Notes: generated by a model from the letters alone, not told the origin. Shown: positions 30,866-41,164, counted from the first letter of the stretch. The stretch: 64,000 nt of DNA from Spirochaetia bacterium (GCA_965203515.1 OZ241907.1:3072001-3136000); one strand, 5' to 3'. Numbers and translations are program-made.

Positions 30866-32059
30866 TCAGTTGGTATACGGATCGGCCGCATCGCGCATCC
30901 CGTCGCCCAGGAAGTTGAATGCCAGGATCGCCACCGCGATGAAGATCGCCGGCGTGAACACCCAGGGATAGATCGCGATCGATTGGATGTTCTGCGCCTC
31001 CTGTAGCAACACGCCCCAACTGGTGAGCGGCGGCTGCAGGCCCAGGCCCAGGAAGCTCAAGGCGGTTTCGCCCAGGATCATCGCCGGCATCGCCAGCGTC
31101 GAGACGACGATGATGTGACCGAGCGTCGCCGGTATGAGGTGCTTGAAGATCACGCGCCGGTCGCCCGCGCCGGCCATCTTGGCGGCGAGGACGAAATCCT
31201 CCTGCCGTAGCGACAACACCTTGCCCCGCAGTTGCCGCGCCAGCCACGTCCAGCCGATCAACGACAGGATCAGCGTGACCGCGAAGTAGATGCGCAGTTG
31301 CGGCCAATGCGGCGGCAGCGCCGCGGACAGCGCCATCCACAGCGGGATCGACGGAAACGACCGCATCAACTCGATCACGCGCTGGATCAGGTTGTCGATC
31401 ACGCCGCCGTAGTAGCCCGACGCCACCCCCAGCACCGACCCCAGGAACAGACTGAGCGCGACGCCGACCAGACCGATCGCCAGCGAGATCTGGCTCCCCT
31501 TGATGATGCGCGTCAACATGTCCCGGCCCTGCCGGTCGGTGCCGAGCAGGCACACGACCCCCTCGTCTACCTGAAAGAGATGGATGTCGCTCTCGAACAA
31601 CCCGAACAGCTTGTACGGCTCGCCGGCGGCGAAGAACCGCAGCGGGATGATCCGCTCGCGGTCCGGCTCATATATCTTGCGCAACGTGTTCCGGTCGATG
31701 CTGCGCTCGACCGCGTAGACGAACGGCTGGAAGCGGCCGTCGTGAAAGAAGTGGATGCGCTGCGGCGGCATGTAGATGTGGTTTCGGTGGCGCGTGTCCA
31801 GCGCGTACGGGGCGACGAAGTCGCCGGTCAGAGCGACCAGGTAGAAGCAGAGGATGACGATGCCGCCGACGATCGCCGCCCGGTTGCGGACGAACTTGCG
31901 CCACATCAACCGCCACTGCGAGGCCGCGTACCGCGCCCCGGCGGCCCGCGGCCCATCCGCGGCCGCCGCTTCGTCCGGCTCGGCGCGGCTGTCCAGCCGA
32001 TCGTACAGCCGATCGTACGACCGGAACAGTTCGGCCGACTTCGACGCCAGATCGCTCAC
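30866..32059 (-). CDS. oppC: Opp/Dpp-family permease (OppC)
   Basis: LGTDRQGRD, ETALSFLGLG and FNFLGDGMRDAADPY; GTG 32059 overlaps the oppB stop. Confidence 0.9.
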   Translation of the reverse strand: MSDLASKSAELFRSYDRLYDRLDSRAEPDEAAAADGPRAAGARYAASQWRLMWRKFVRNRAAIVGGIVILCFYLVALTGDFVAPYALDTRHRNHIYMPPQRIHFFHDGRFQPFVYAVERSIDRNTLRKIYEPDRERIIPLRFFAAGEPYKLFGLFESDIHLFQVDEGVVCLLGTDRQGRDMLTRIIKGSQISLAIGLVGVALSLFLGSVLGVASGYYGGVIDNLIQRVIELMRSFPSIPLWMALSAALPPHWPQLRIYFAVTLILSLIGWTWLARQLRGKVLSLRQEDFVLAAKMAGAGDRRVIFKHLIPATLGHIIVVSTLAMPAMILGETALSFLGLGLQPPLTSWGVLLQEAQNIQSIAIYPWVFTPAIFIAVAILAFNFLGDGMRDAADPYTN

Positions 32060-33039
32060 GAGTAGGCGATGCGCGGATCCACCAGCGCCAGCACGATGTC
32101 GGCGATGAGATTGGACAACATCAGCAGCAGGGTCATGAACAGCAGGAACGTGCCGGCCAGATACATGTCCTGCGTACGCAACGCCCGCAGGAACAGCGGC
32201 CCGGTGGTCGGCAGCGACATGACGATGCCGACCAGCGCCGACTCGGAGATGATCTTCGGTATCTCCAGCGCCAGCACGCTGATGAGCGGATTGATCGCCA
32301 CCCGTACCGCGTACTTGTTGACGACCGTTCGCTCCTTCAGCCCCTTGGCGCGGGCGGTGGTGATGTATTGCTGCCCGAACACGTCGAGCAGGTTGCCGCG
32401 CATGATCCGCTGCAGTTGCGCGGTGCTGGCCAGCCCCAGGATGACCGCCGGCGGCCACAGATGGTTGAAGTAGTCGAACGCCTTCGCCAGGCTCAGCGGC
32501 GCGTCCTCCATCTCCGGCGACAGCGTTCCCCACACGTCGATGCGCAGCACCAGCGCGCCGAAGAACATCCAGACCAGCGCGAGCAGGAAGCCGGGCAGCG
32601 ACAGACCCACGAAGCCGACGAACGACAGCAGGTTGTCGCTGATCGCGTACTGGTGCGTGGCGGTGTAGATGCCGATCGGAATGGCGATGAGGATCGTGAA
32701 CGCCAGCGACAGGCCGCCGAGCAGTACCGTATAGCCCAGCCGGCCCCGGACCAACGGCCATACGGGACTGTTCCATTCCAGCGACCAGCCGAAGTCGCCG
32801 CGCAGAAAGCCGGTGATCCACTTGAGATACTGCACGTACTGCGGCTGATCCAGCCCGTATTGCCTGCGGAGCGACTCCAGCGTCCTGGCGTCCTGGCCGC
32901 CGCCGGTCTCCGCTATCTCGGCCTGCAGCGAGGTGAAGAAGTCGCCGGGCGGCAACTGGATGATGACGAAGGTGATGACGGAGACGAACAACAGCAGGGG
33001 GACCATCGCCAGCAACCGCTGCACGACGTAGGCGAGCAT
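32056..33039 (-). CDS. oppB: Opp/Dpp-family permease (OppB)
   Basis: FVIIQLPPGD, GDFGWS, YITTARAKGL and DPRI. Confidence 0.92.
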   Translation of the reverse strand: MLAYVVQRLLAMVPLLLFVSVITFVIIQLPPGDFFTSLQAEIAETGGGQDARTLESLRRQYGLDQPQYVQYLKWITGFLRGDFGWSLEWNSPVWPLVRGRLGYTVLLGGLSLAFTILIAIPIGIYTATHQYAISDNLLSFVGFVGLSLPGFLLALVWMFFGALVLRIDVWGTLSPEMEDAPLSLAKAFDYFNHLWPPAVILGLASTAQLQRIMRGNLLDVFGQQYITTARAKGLKERTVVNKYAVRVAINPLISVLALEIPKIISESALVGIVMSLPTTGPLFLRALRTQDMYLAGTFLLFMTLLLMLSNLIADIVLALVDPRIAYS

Positions 33040-33055
33040 GGGACGAGCTTACTCC

Positions 33056-33133
33056 GCGCCGGCGGACCGCCGCGGCGGGCGCCGCGGACGCACGGGAGCC
33101 GGCTCCCCTGCGCCCGCCGTCCGCCGCTGGCGC
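33056..33133 (-). other. GC-rich stem-loop between the SBP gene and the permease gene (possible mRNA-stabilising or attenuating element)
   Basis: Nested inverted repeats GGCGGGCGC...GGGAGC-CG-GCTCCC...GCGCCCGCC. Confidence 0.4.
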
Positions 33134-33151
33134 ATCCGCCCTGCGCCGGTG

Positions 33152-35023
33152 CTATTGCGCGAAATAGTAGTGACTCGGATCCTGCGTCCCCGGCGACATG
33201 ATGAGCCAGTCCGCGGTGAACTCCGTCATCACGTTCTTGAAGTCGTCCTTGACGACGACGATGGACGGCGCCATGCCGACCGTGCCGATCGTGTACAGCC
33301 GCTCCGTGGACAGCCGCACGAGCTGCTTTGCGATCTCGAGCTGAGCGCTCGAATCGACGGTGACCTTGTACTGGTCGTAGAGGTCCATCAGCTCCTTCAT
33401 CTCGGGCGGCGGTTCCTCGCCCAGCTCGCCGCCGGTCTTGTACCACGTGCCGAATGCCGGCGCCCCCCAGGAACGCTCGTCGAAGGGGAACTGGTAGACC
33501 GGGTCGACCATCGGCACCAGACCGCGGTCGGTACCCCAGGTGGCGATCATGACCTCGTTGGCGTTGGCGCGCGGCCAATAGACGTCGCGCGTCATGGTCT
33601 TCAACGCGGTCTTCAGGCCGATGTCGTTCCAGCCCTCGACGGCGATCTCCAGCGCGTCGACGTTGCCGGTGCCGACCGCCTCGACGATCAGCTCCAGCGA
33701 GGAGCCGTCGGCAAAGGTGCGGAAGCCGTCGCCGCCGACCGGCAGGCCGATCTCATCGAGGAGCCCGCGCGCCCGGTCCAGGTCGAACTCGGCGTAGTAG
33801 AACTCGATATCGGGCTGGAAGAGCGCCGAGTCGTTGACCACCGAGGCGGTGCGCGGCGTGCCCAGGCCGAGGTGGACCACTTCGTTGATCAGGTCGCGGT
33901 CGATGGCCAGCGACAGTGCCTGCCGGAACTTCAGCTCCTGCATCAGCGCGCGGTACTTGGGATCCGCGTAGCTCTGGTTGGGCATGAAGGTGGCGTGCGA
34001 CGCGCTGGCGTTGTTCCAGAGCAGCGTGTGATAGTCGCCCTGATCGGCGTTCTCCTGGTAGACCGGATACTTGCTGAGGTCCATGTGCCGGGTCTGCATG
34101 TCGATTTCACCGGCGATGGCCAGCAGGTTGGCCGCCTCGTTGTCCTCCACCAGCGTGAAGTGCAGCCGGTCGATGTACGGAAGCTGATTGCCCGCCTCAT
34201 CGACCTTCCAGTAGTAGGGATTGCGCTCGGCGACCAGCTCGGTGGCGCCGGCGCCCCATTCGGTCACCCGCCAGGGGGTCATGGCCGGCCGCTCGATGTT
34301 GAAGTCGAACGCCTTCTCCTCGAACTGCTGGTAGTCGGTCACGGCCGAGTTGTACGCGGGATGGTACTGCTCCAGGTAGTGGCGCGGCGCGAAGAACCCG
34401 AAGCGCTCGAAGCCCAGCGGCCACTGGTTGCCGTGGAACGCCAGCCCGACCGTTTCAGCCAGCCCGTTGGGACCGGCGAACTTCAGCTTGATGGTGACGT
34501 CGTCGATCTTCTCGAGCTCCATCGGCTCGCCGTTGATGACCCACTCCGCATGCGGGGCGGCGGTGACGTCCTTGTTGGTCTCGATCGCCTCCCACCAGAA
34601 GATGATGTCATCGACCGTGAACGGCGCGCCGTCGGACCACTTGAGGCCGCGGCGCAGGTGCAGGGTCAGCTCGGTGCCGTCGTCCGACCAGCGCCACTCC
34701 TTGGCCAGTCCGGGCTGGACCGGGTCCTTGGGGTCCCGCGGCCAGCGCAGCATCGGCTCGTAGTTGAGACGGCCGAACGCGTGGAAGTCCTTGATCCCCT
34801 TGAACGCCCGGCGCCACGTGCCGCCGTACTGGCCGATCGAGTCCTCCGCTTCGACCACCAGCGGCTCTTCCGGGAGCCGCTCGGCCACCGGCTCCAGGTC
34901 GCCGGCGGCGACCATCGCCTGCAGCATCGGAGCTTCCTGGTACTGCTGAGCCCACGCTCCGGCCGCTACGATCATGAACCCCGCCACCAGCGCCGGCAGG
35001 TACCCTCGATTCCTGAGCGACAT
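33152..35023 (-). CDS. Family-5 ABC substrate-binding protein (oligosaccharide-binding subgroup likely)
   Basis: Signal peptide; EAPML..MV.AG.L.PV.ERLP..P, GQYGG, GLKWSDGAPFTVDD and RNPYYWKVD.AGNQLPYID. Confidence 0.9.
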   Translation of the reverse strand: MSLRNRGYLPALVAGFMIVAAGAWAQQYQEAPMLQAMVAAGDLEPVAERLPEEPLVVEAEDSIGQYGGTWRRAFKGIKDFHAFGRLNYEPMLRWPRDPKDPVQPGLAKEWRWSDDGTELTLHLRRGLKWSDGAPFTVDDIIFWWEAIETNKDVTAAPHAEWVINGEPMELEKIDDVTIKLKFAGPNGLAETVGLAFHGNQWPLGFERFGFFAPRHYLEQYHPAYNSAVTDYQQFEEKAFDFNIERPAMTPWRVTEWGAGATELVAERNPYYWKVDEAGNQLPYIDRLHFTLVEDNEAANLLAIAGEIDMQTRHMDLSKYPVYQENADQGDYHTLLWNNASASHATFMPNQSYADPKYRALMQELKFRQALSLAIDRDLINEVVHLGLGTPRTASVVNDSALFQPDIEFYYAEFDLDRARGLLDEIGLPVGGDGFRTFADGSSLELIVEAVGTGNVDALEIAVEGWNDIGLKTALKTMTRDVYWPRANANEVMIATWGTDRGLVPMVDPVYQFPFDERSWGAPAFGTWYKTGGELGEEPPPEMKELMDLYDQYKVTVDSSAQLEIAKQLVRLSTERLYTIGTVGMAPSIVVVKDDFKNVMTEFTADWLIMSPGTQDPSHYYFAQ

Positions 35024-35254
35024 GTATCGATCCTCCGTTCGGTTGGTTGCCCGAGCGGATGCCGCCGCCGGCGCCGCTCGGCCGGGTACCCACGCTACCG
35101 CTTGCCGGTTGCCGCGTCAACGGCTTGCGGGCCCCCCGCCCGGCAGCCGGGCCCGGCCCCCTCGGTGGGAGTTGCCGGCCGGGCGCTGCCGGCGTAGAGT
35201 GCTGACGGCGTAGCGTGACGTCGTTCACGGCGACCCCATTCCCGGAGGATTCAG

Positions 35255-36445
35255 ATGGCAAGCAATCGAGGTGTGGCCTACATCGAGCCCGGCGTGGTCG
35301 AGGTGCAGTCGATCGACTTCCCCGAGCTGTCGCTCGGCGATCGCAAGTGCGACCACGGCGTCATCCTCAAGATCGTCTCCACCAACATCTGCGGCAGCGA
35401 TCAGCACATGGTGCGGGGCCGCACGACCGCCCCCGAGGGGCTGATCCTGGGCCACGAGATCACCGGCGAGGTGATCGAAGCGGGGCGCGACGTCGAGTTC
35501 GTCGGCGTGGGCGACATCGTCAGCGTCCCCTTCAACATCGCCTGCGGCCGTTGCCGCAACTGCAAGGAGACCAAGACCGGCATCTGCCTCAACGTCAATC
35601 CGGCACGACCCGGCGCCGCCTACGGCTACGTCGACATGGGCGGCTGGATCGGCGGCCAGGCCGAGTACGTGATGGTCCCGTACGCCGACTTCAACCTGCT
35701 GAAGCTGCCCGAGCGCGACGTGGCGATGGCCAAGATCAAGGACCTGACGCTGCTGTCGGACATCTTCCCGACCGGCTTCCACGGCGCCTTCACGGCCGGC
35801 GTGGGACCGGGCTCGATCGTATACGTGGCCGGCGCCGGCCCGGTCGGACTGGCGTGCGCGCACTCCTGTCAACTGCTGGGCGCCGCCGTGGTCATCGTCG
35901 GCGACATGATCCCCGAACGGCTGGCGCAGGCGCGCAGCTTCGGCTGCGAGACCGTCGACCTGACCGCAGAGGCGACCCTGGGTGAGCAGATCGCGGAGAT
36001 CGTCGGCGAACCGGAGGTCGATCAGGCGGTCGACTGCGTGGGCTTCGAAGCGCGCGGTCACGGCAAGGAAGCCGTGGTGGAGCGGCCGGCGACGGTGCTC
36101 AACTCCGTCATGGAGGTGACCCGCGCCGGCGGCGGCATCGGCATTCCCGGCCTCTACGTCACCGGCGATCCGGGCGGTGTCGACGACAACGCCAAGGTCG
36201 GCAACCTGAGCATCCGCATCGGCCTGGGCTGGGCCAAGTCCCATCACTTCACCACCGGCCAGTGCCCGGTGATGCGCTATCACCGCCAGCTCATGCAGGC
36301 GATCCTCTACGACAAGGTCAAGATCGCCGAGGCGGTCAACGCGCAGGTCATCTCCCTGGACGACGCCCCGCGCGGCTACCAGGACTTCGACCAGGGGGCG
36401 GCGACCAAGTTCGTGATCGACCCGCACGAGATGATCGCCGCGTAG
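35255..36445 (+). CDS. fdhA: Glutathione-independent formaldehyde dehydrogenase
   Basis: TNICGSDQHMVRGRT, GHE, CGRCRNC...C, GAAYGYVDMGGWIGGQAEY, LSDIFPTG and KFVIDPH. Confidence 0.95.
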   Translation: MASNRGVAYIEPGVVEVQSIDFPELSLGDRKCDHGVILKIVSTNICGSDQHMVRGRTTAPEGLILGHEITGEVIEAGRDVEFVGVGDIVSVPFNIACGRCRNCKETKTGICLNVNPARPGAAYGYVDMGGWIGGQAEYVMVPYADFNLLKLPERDVAMAKIKDLTLLSDIFPTGFHGAFTAGVGPGSIVYVAGAGPVGLACAHSCQLLGAAVVIVGDMIPERLAQARSFGCETVDLTAEATLGEQIAEIVGEPEVDQAVDCVGFEARGHGKEAVVERPATVLNSVMEVTRAGGGIGIPGLYVTGDPGGVDDNAKVGNLSIRIGLGWAKSHHFTTGQCPVMRYHRQLMQAILYDKVKIAEAVNAQVISLDDAPRGYQDFDQGAATKFVIDPHEMIAA

Positions 36446-36489
36446 GCGGGTCCGGGTCTCCCGCCGGCCCCGTCCCGGCCGGCCGGCCC

Positions 36490-37206
36490 TCAGTCGCGGA
36501 AGCGGGGCGAGGTGTCGGCCTGTTCGGTGAGCTCGCAACGGTCCTGCGGATGGTAGCCGATGGCGCGGCGTCCGTGGTCCAGGTCGTACAGCGGCCACAC
36601 GGCATCGGAGACGCCGAAGACGATCTCGAAGCCCGCGCCCGGGTGGGTGAGCGCCGCCTCGAACACCCGCACGGCGTCGCCGTGGCTCAGGTCGTGCGGG
36701 TGCCGGGTGTCCGCCTGCCCGGCGCGGAAGCTGCCGATGCGCACGGCGACGAACTCGATGCCGAACTCGGCGTGGTAGCGGTAGCCGAGCTGCTCCCCGA
36801 ACGCCTTGCTGACCGAGTAGTCGTCGAACGGCCGGGTCGGCAGATCGACGGTACGCGTCAGCCTGCGCGGGTAGCGTTCCACCAGCCCGGCGCGGCTGGC
36901 GAACACGAAGCGCCGCACCTTCGCGCGCCGCGCCGCTTCCAGCGCGTTGCGGACACCGATGACGTTGGCCGACAGCACGTCCTCCCAACGGTGCGCGCCG
37001 CCGACCACTGCGCCGAGATGGACGATGCCGTCCACCCTCGCCGCGGCGGCGGTCAGCTTCTCCACGTCGCCCAGGTCGCCGACCACCGCATCGGTCAGGC
37101 CCGGCGTCGGCAGCAGGTCGTAGCCGCGCAGCTCATGCCGGCCGCGCAGCCCGGCGATCAGCACCTGTCCCAGCGCGCCGGCCGAACCGGTCATCAATAC
37201 GTGCAT
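36490..37206 (-). CDS. NAD-dependent epimerase/dehydratase (uronate-dehydrogenase-like SDR)
   Basis: TGSAGALG, VHLGA, YSVSKAFGE (YxxxK), VRIGSF and GYHPQD. Confidence 0.82.
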   Translation of the reverse strand: MHVLMTGSAGALGQVLIAGLRGRHELRGYDLLPTPGLTDAVVGDLGDVEKLTAAAARVDGIVHLGAVVGGAHRWEDVLSANVIGVRNALEAARRAKVRRFVFASRAGLVERYPRRLTRTVDLPTRPFDDYSVSKAFGEQLGYRYHAEFGIEFVAVRIGSFRAGQADTRHPHDLSHGDAVRVFEAALTHPGAGFEIVFGVSDAVWPLYDLDHGRRAIGYHPQDRCELTEQADTSPRFRD

Positions 37207-37249
37207 CGGAACCTCACTTCGGGAACCCGGCCCGGTACCGCCCGCCGAT

Positions 37250-38662
37250 TCACGATTCCACGACCAGCGCGTCGACGAACCGGTCGACCGGCAGGCGTTC
37301 AAGCGACTCGCCGTCGTCGAACCACGCCGCGATCCGGTCGACCCGCGCGGCGTCGAACGCCGCGGCCAGATTCGCCCGCAGCTTGGCCCGCAGCCGCGGC
37401 AGCGCCTCCGCGCGCCGGCGCGGGTGGCCGATCGGGTAGATCACCTCCACGCGGCCGCTGCTCGTGCCGTCGTCGAAGTGCACCTGCACGGCGTTGCCGA
37501 TCGAGCGTTCGTCCGGCTGCAGGTACCCGGCGCTGTAGGCGGGTTCTTCGCGCACCCGCATCACCGCCCGCAGCCGGTCGATGCGCGGGTCGGCGGCGAA
37601 CTCGTCGTCGTAGTGGTGGTCGGTCAGCTCTCCGGCCAGCAGCCCGACCGCCACGATGTACTGCAGGCAGTGGTCGCGGTCGGCCGGATTGGCCAGCGGG
37701 CCGGTCTTGTCGATGATCCGCACCGCCGCTTCCTGGGTGCGGATGTCGATGCGCTCGATCTCATCGAGACGGCCGCGCACCTGCGGGTGCAGGGCGATCG
37801 CCGCCTCGGCCGCCGTCTGCGCGTGGAACTCGGCGGGAAAATCGACCTTGAACAGCACGTGCTCGACGACGTGGCTGGCCAGCGGCCCGCAGCGCAGGCG
37901 TCCGCCGCGCAACAGGACCGCGTCGAATCCCCAGCGCGGCGCCTCGACGGCGCGCGGGTAGCCCGGCTCGCCGCGCATGGTCAGGTAGGCGAGCTGCACG
38001 CCGCGCGCGGCCGCATCGCCCGCAGCCCAGGACTTGCGCGACCCGGTGTTAGGCGCGTGGCGGTAGGTGCGCAACGGGCCGGCGTCGACCAGCGCCTGCG
38101 ACGCCGCCGCCGCCACCTCCTGCCGGCCGCCGCCGAGCAGCGCGGTGACCGTGCAGGCGGTGGCCAGCTTTACCAGCAGCACGTGATCGAAGCCGATGCG
38201 GTTGAAGCTGTTGTCGATCGCCAGCACGCCCTGTATCTCGTAGGCGCGGATGATCAGCGACAGCAGCTCGCGCACCGTGACCGGGCGCTGCCCCGCGCGG
38301 CTCAGGTAGTCGGCCACCGCCAGCAGCGCGCCGATGTTGTCGGACGGGTGGCCCCACTCGGCAGCCAGCCACGTGTCGTTGTAGTCGAGCCAGCGGATCA
38401 GCGTCGAGATGTTGAACGCCGCCTGGATCGGGTCCAGCGCCAGCGCCGTGCCGGGCACCCGGGCGCCGCCGGGGACCACTCCGTTCTGGCCCGGCACGAA
38501 CGGCCCGAGCAGGCGCGTGCACGCGGGATGCCGCAACGCCAGCGCCGCGCAGCCCAGCGCATCGAGCAGGCAGAGCCGGGCGGCGTCGCAGGCGGCCGGC
38601 GAAAACGGCGGCGGATCGGCCGCATAGGAGGCCAGCCGGTCCAACACCGCATCCGCGTTCAT
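37250..38662 (-). CDS. prpD: 2-methylcitrate dehydratase
   Basis: IRWLDYNDTWLAAEWGHPSDN, YRHAPNTGSRKSWAAGDA, FPAEFHAQTA and ADRDHCLQY. Confidence 0.96.
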   Translation of the reverse strand: MNADAVLDRLASYAADPPPFSPAACDAARLCLLDALGCAALALRHPACTRLLGPFVPGQNGVVPGGARVPGTALALDPIQAAFNISTLIRWLDYNDTWLAAEWGHPSDNIGALLAVADYLSRAGQRPVTVRELLSLIIRAYEIQGVLAIDNSFNRIGFDHVLLVKLATACTVTALLGGGRQEVAAAASQALVDAGPLRTYRHAPNTGSRKSWAAGDAAARGVQLAYLTMRGEPGYPRAVEAPRWGFDAVLLRGGRLRCGPLASHVVEHVLFKVDFPAEFHAQTAAEAAIALHPQVRGRLDEIERIDIRTQEAAVRIIDKTGPLANPADRDHCLQYIVAVGLLAGELTDHHYDDEFAADPRIDRLRAVMRVREEPAYSAGYLQPDERSIGNAVQVHFDDGTSSGRVEVIYPIGHPRRRAEALPRLRAKLRANLAAAFDAARVDRIAAWFDDGESLERLPVDRFVDALVVES

Positions 38663-39651
38663 GCGCCGGCGTTGTACGGCAGATGCCCGCCGCCGTGCAA
38701 GCCGCCCGCTGACGGGACCGTCGCGGCGGATGCCGTGTCAGCCGTGTCGAGATACCGCCCGCTCCTCTCGAAGAGCATCAACTGCTCCTTCGATTTCCGC
38801 GGGTCGACCGGAGTCGCCGGGGCGTAGTTGGTCACCAGCGCCTCCAGCATCGGCTTCCGGTTCGCCTCACGGGCGCCGACGTGATAGAAGTGCTGGCGAG
38901 TGGAGATCGTAAACCGACTCCAGAGCGTCTGCAGACAGCGGTTTTCCCGGTGCTCGTTGCTGTGCCACGTGGAGAGCATGAAACGCGCCTGCGTACCGTC
39001 CAACGCGGCGTGCAGCGACCGCTCCGATCGTTCATCCCAACTGTCGTAGTAGTCCACGTGGCGACCGACATACGGAGGATCGCAGTACACGAAGTCTCCC
39101 CCGGTCGCTTCCCGAATCGTCGCCTGGAAATCCTGACACACGAACCGCCAGTCGAACAATTCGACGGCCGCCCGGAAGCGTTCCACCTGGTTGACGATCT
39201 TCGTGACGTATGCGGGCGCGAACCGCTGCGGCTTGTGACCGAACGGCACATTGAACATGCCGCGTCGGTTGAATCGGATGAGTCCGTTGAAGCAGGAGCG
39301 GTTCAGGAAGAGGAAATCCAGCGGATCGCCCGTGGCGTTGAACCGATCGCGCACCCGGTTGTAGTGATCCTGCCCCCGGCTCGCCAAGCGGCTCCCCTCC
39401 CGTTCGAGGAATCTCCTGGTCTTCGCGCCGTCGATCTCGCCATCCGCGAGCGCCCGGTAGAACCGGATCAGATGAGGATTGCTGTCCGCCAGCAGCGCTC
39501 GCCTAGGCGCCACGTTGAGCGCAACCACCGCGGAACCGAGGAACGGCTCGATCCAGAGTCCGTCCGGGTCACGATCGATGCTGCGCAGAATCGCCGGCAC
39601 CAGCCTGGTCTTGATGCCCTGACACTTGATCGGCGGGACGTGTATTCGCAA
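38659..39651 (-). CDS. Dam/D12-class N6-adenine DNA methyltransferase, strongly M.EcoRV-like
   Basis: VPPIKCQGIKTRLVP, IEPFLGS, PLDFLFLNRSCFNGLIRFN..G.FNVPF, AYVTKIVNQV and YCDPPY. Confidence 0.9.
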   Translation of the reverse strand: MRIHVPPIKCQGIKTRLVPAILRSIDRDPDGLWIEPFLGSAVVALNVAPRRALLADSNPHLIRFYRALADGEIDGAKTRRFLEREGSRLASRGQDHYNRVRDRFNATGDPLDFLFLNRSCFNGLIRFNRRGMFNVPFGHKPQRFAPAYVTKIVNQVERFRAAVELFDWRFVCQDFQATIREATGGDFVYCDPPYVGRHVDYYDSWDERSERSLHAALDGTQARFMLSTWHSNEHRENRCLQTLWSRFTISTRQHFYHVGAREANRKPMLEALVTNYAPATPVDPRKSKEQLMLFERSGRYLDTADTASAATVPSAGGLHGGGHLPYNAGA

Positions 39652-39665
39652 CGTCAGCCCGAAGT

Positions 39666-40547
39666 ATGGCAGAATGCGGTCTCATGCAGGCGACCGCCGT
39701 GAGCGCCGGACTGCCGGGCGTCTTCGAGCCCCTGCCGCGGCTGCTCTACTACGACGACTTCAACCACGGGATGAACGGCTGGGGGGCGCTGATCGGCAAC
39801 TACGAGGACCGTGTCGACGCCATGCTGCCGGAGTACATGGACATGCGCCCGCCCATGCTGAGCAACCTGACCATGTGGGACGCCGGCACCTCCGGGGGGA
39901 TCGGCGGCTCCTACGCGCTCAAGCTGGCCACGCGCGCCAAGCCGGGAACCTTCTGCACGGCGATCAAGCGGTACACGTTCAGCACGTGGGGACCGCTGCG
40001 GGTGGAGGCGATCGTCACCTTCAAGCCGGAGGCGAGCGCGCTGGAGCTGGGCGAGACGGCGGTGCGCGCGTTCGGCGTCCTGCTCGACCTGCAGCACGCC
40101 GACGGGCAGGCGGCCGAGCCGCTGCGGGTGATGCCGCACCTCCGCTATCTCAACGCGTGGCAGGGCCGGCGCGCGGAGCGCTGGCAGTACAAGACCCGGC
40201 GCGAGCCGCTGGTCGACATCGGCACGCGCGGCAAGACCTGGTCGCACTTCCACTTCAAGTCGAACAACTGGATCGACGTTCCGGGCGGCGGCCAGCGCCT
40301 CTGCTACAACGAGATCGCTACCAAGCACAACTGGTACTACCTGCGGCTCGACTTCGACTTGGCGGAGATGCGCTTCCTGGAGTTCCGCTGCAACGAGCGC
40401 GACCTCGACGTGACCGGCATCGAGCCGATGCGGCTGCCGGCCATGCCCAACCTGTGGTCGATGCTCAACGTCGCGTTCTTCGTGGAGAACGACGCCGCTA
40501 CCCGAGCGTTCCTCTACCTCGACAGCGTCGCGGTCTCCAGCGTGTGA
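39666..40547 (+). CDS. Conserved hypothetical protein (possibly DUF6772-like; beta-rich)
   Basis: Strong host-like codon usage; PLPRLLYYDDFNHG..GW, LCYNEIATKHNWYYLRLDFD; start may be ATG 39684. Confidence 0.7.
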   Translation: MAECGLMQATAVSAGLPGVFEPLPRLLYYDDFNHGMNGWGALIGNYEDRVDAMLPEYMDMRPPMLSNLTMWDAGTSGGIGGSYALKLATRAKPGTFCTAIKRYTFSTWGPLRVEAIVTFKPEASALELGETAVRAFGVLLDLQHADGQAAEPLRVMPHLRYLNAWQGRRAERWQYKTRREPLVDIGTRGKTWSHFHFKSNNWIDVPGGGQRLCYNEIATKHNWYYLRLDFDLAEMRFLEFRCNERDLDVTGIEPMRLPAMPNLWSMLNVAFFVENDAATRAFLYLDSVAVSSV

Positions 40548-40557
40548 GGGGAAGGCG

Positions 40558-40890
40558 ATGAGACAGAGTCACACCGCGGCGATCGAGCTCGGCACCACCT
40601 GGGAGGGTGAGTTCGCCACCGAGCCGTACGAAGCGGCCTGGGCGCGCGAGGCGATCTTCTTCATCCGCCTGCTCGACGGCGAAGCTCCCGCCGATGCCGC
40701 GGCGCGCGTGCAGATCGCCCCGGACGGCATCCATTGGTCCGACGAAGGGACGGAGGTCCCGCTGCCGCCCGTCGCCGGACCGACCACCTTCGCTCGCCTC
40801 CGGCACTTCGGCGGCTGGCTGCGCCTGACCGGGTCGCTGCCCGACGGCGTCGCGCTGCCGGTCATAGTCCACCTGGCCCTCAAGGAGTAG
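40558..40890 (+). CDS. Small conserved hypothetical protein (possibly DUF6385-like)
   Basis: ATEPYEAAWAREAIFF, VQIAPDGIHW.DEG and HFGGWLRL; follows the previous gene after 10 nt. Confidence 0.72.
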   Translation: MRQSHTAAIELGTTWEGEFATEPYEAAWAREAIFFIRLLDGEAPADAAARVQIAPDGIHWSDEGTEVPLPPVAGPTTFARLRHFGGWLRLTGSLPDGVALPVIVHLALKE

Positions 40891-40908
40891 ACTCCGGGCA
40901 GACGGATC

Positions 40909-41125
40909 GATTCGAGGACGTGCTGGCGGCGGACCGCCGGCCCGATGCGCTCTATCGGCAGGAAGTGGAGCGCTCGGATATCTACGTAGGGTTGTTCGGC
41001 GCCCACTACGGTACCGAAGACGCGGAAGGCGTTTCGCCGACCGAGCGGGAGTACCGCCGTGCGACCGCCGACCGCCTTGGGGCAGACATCGCTTGATCTT
41101 CGTGAAAGGAGCGGACGAACGCCGC
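40909..41125 (+). pseudogene. DUF4062-like domain fragment, frameshifted
   Basis: FEDVLAADRRPDALYRQEVERSDIYVGLFGAHYG...GVSPTEREY, then RHRLIFVKGADE in another frame; a GACCGCC tandem duplication lies at the break. Confidence 0.6.
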
Positions 41126-41164
41126 TCGGCGAGCTATGCTGCGCAACGCTCGGAGGCATGGTCG

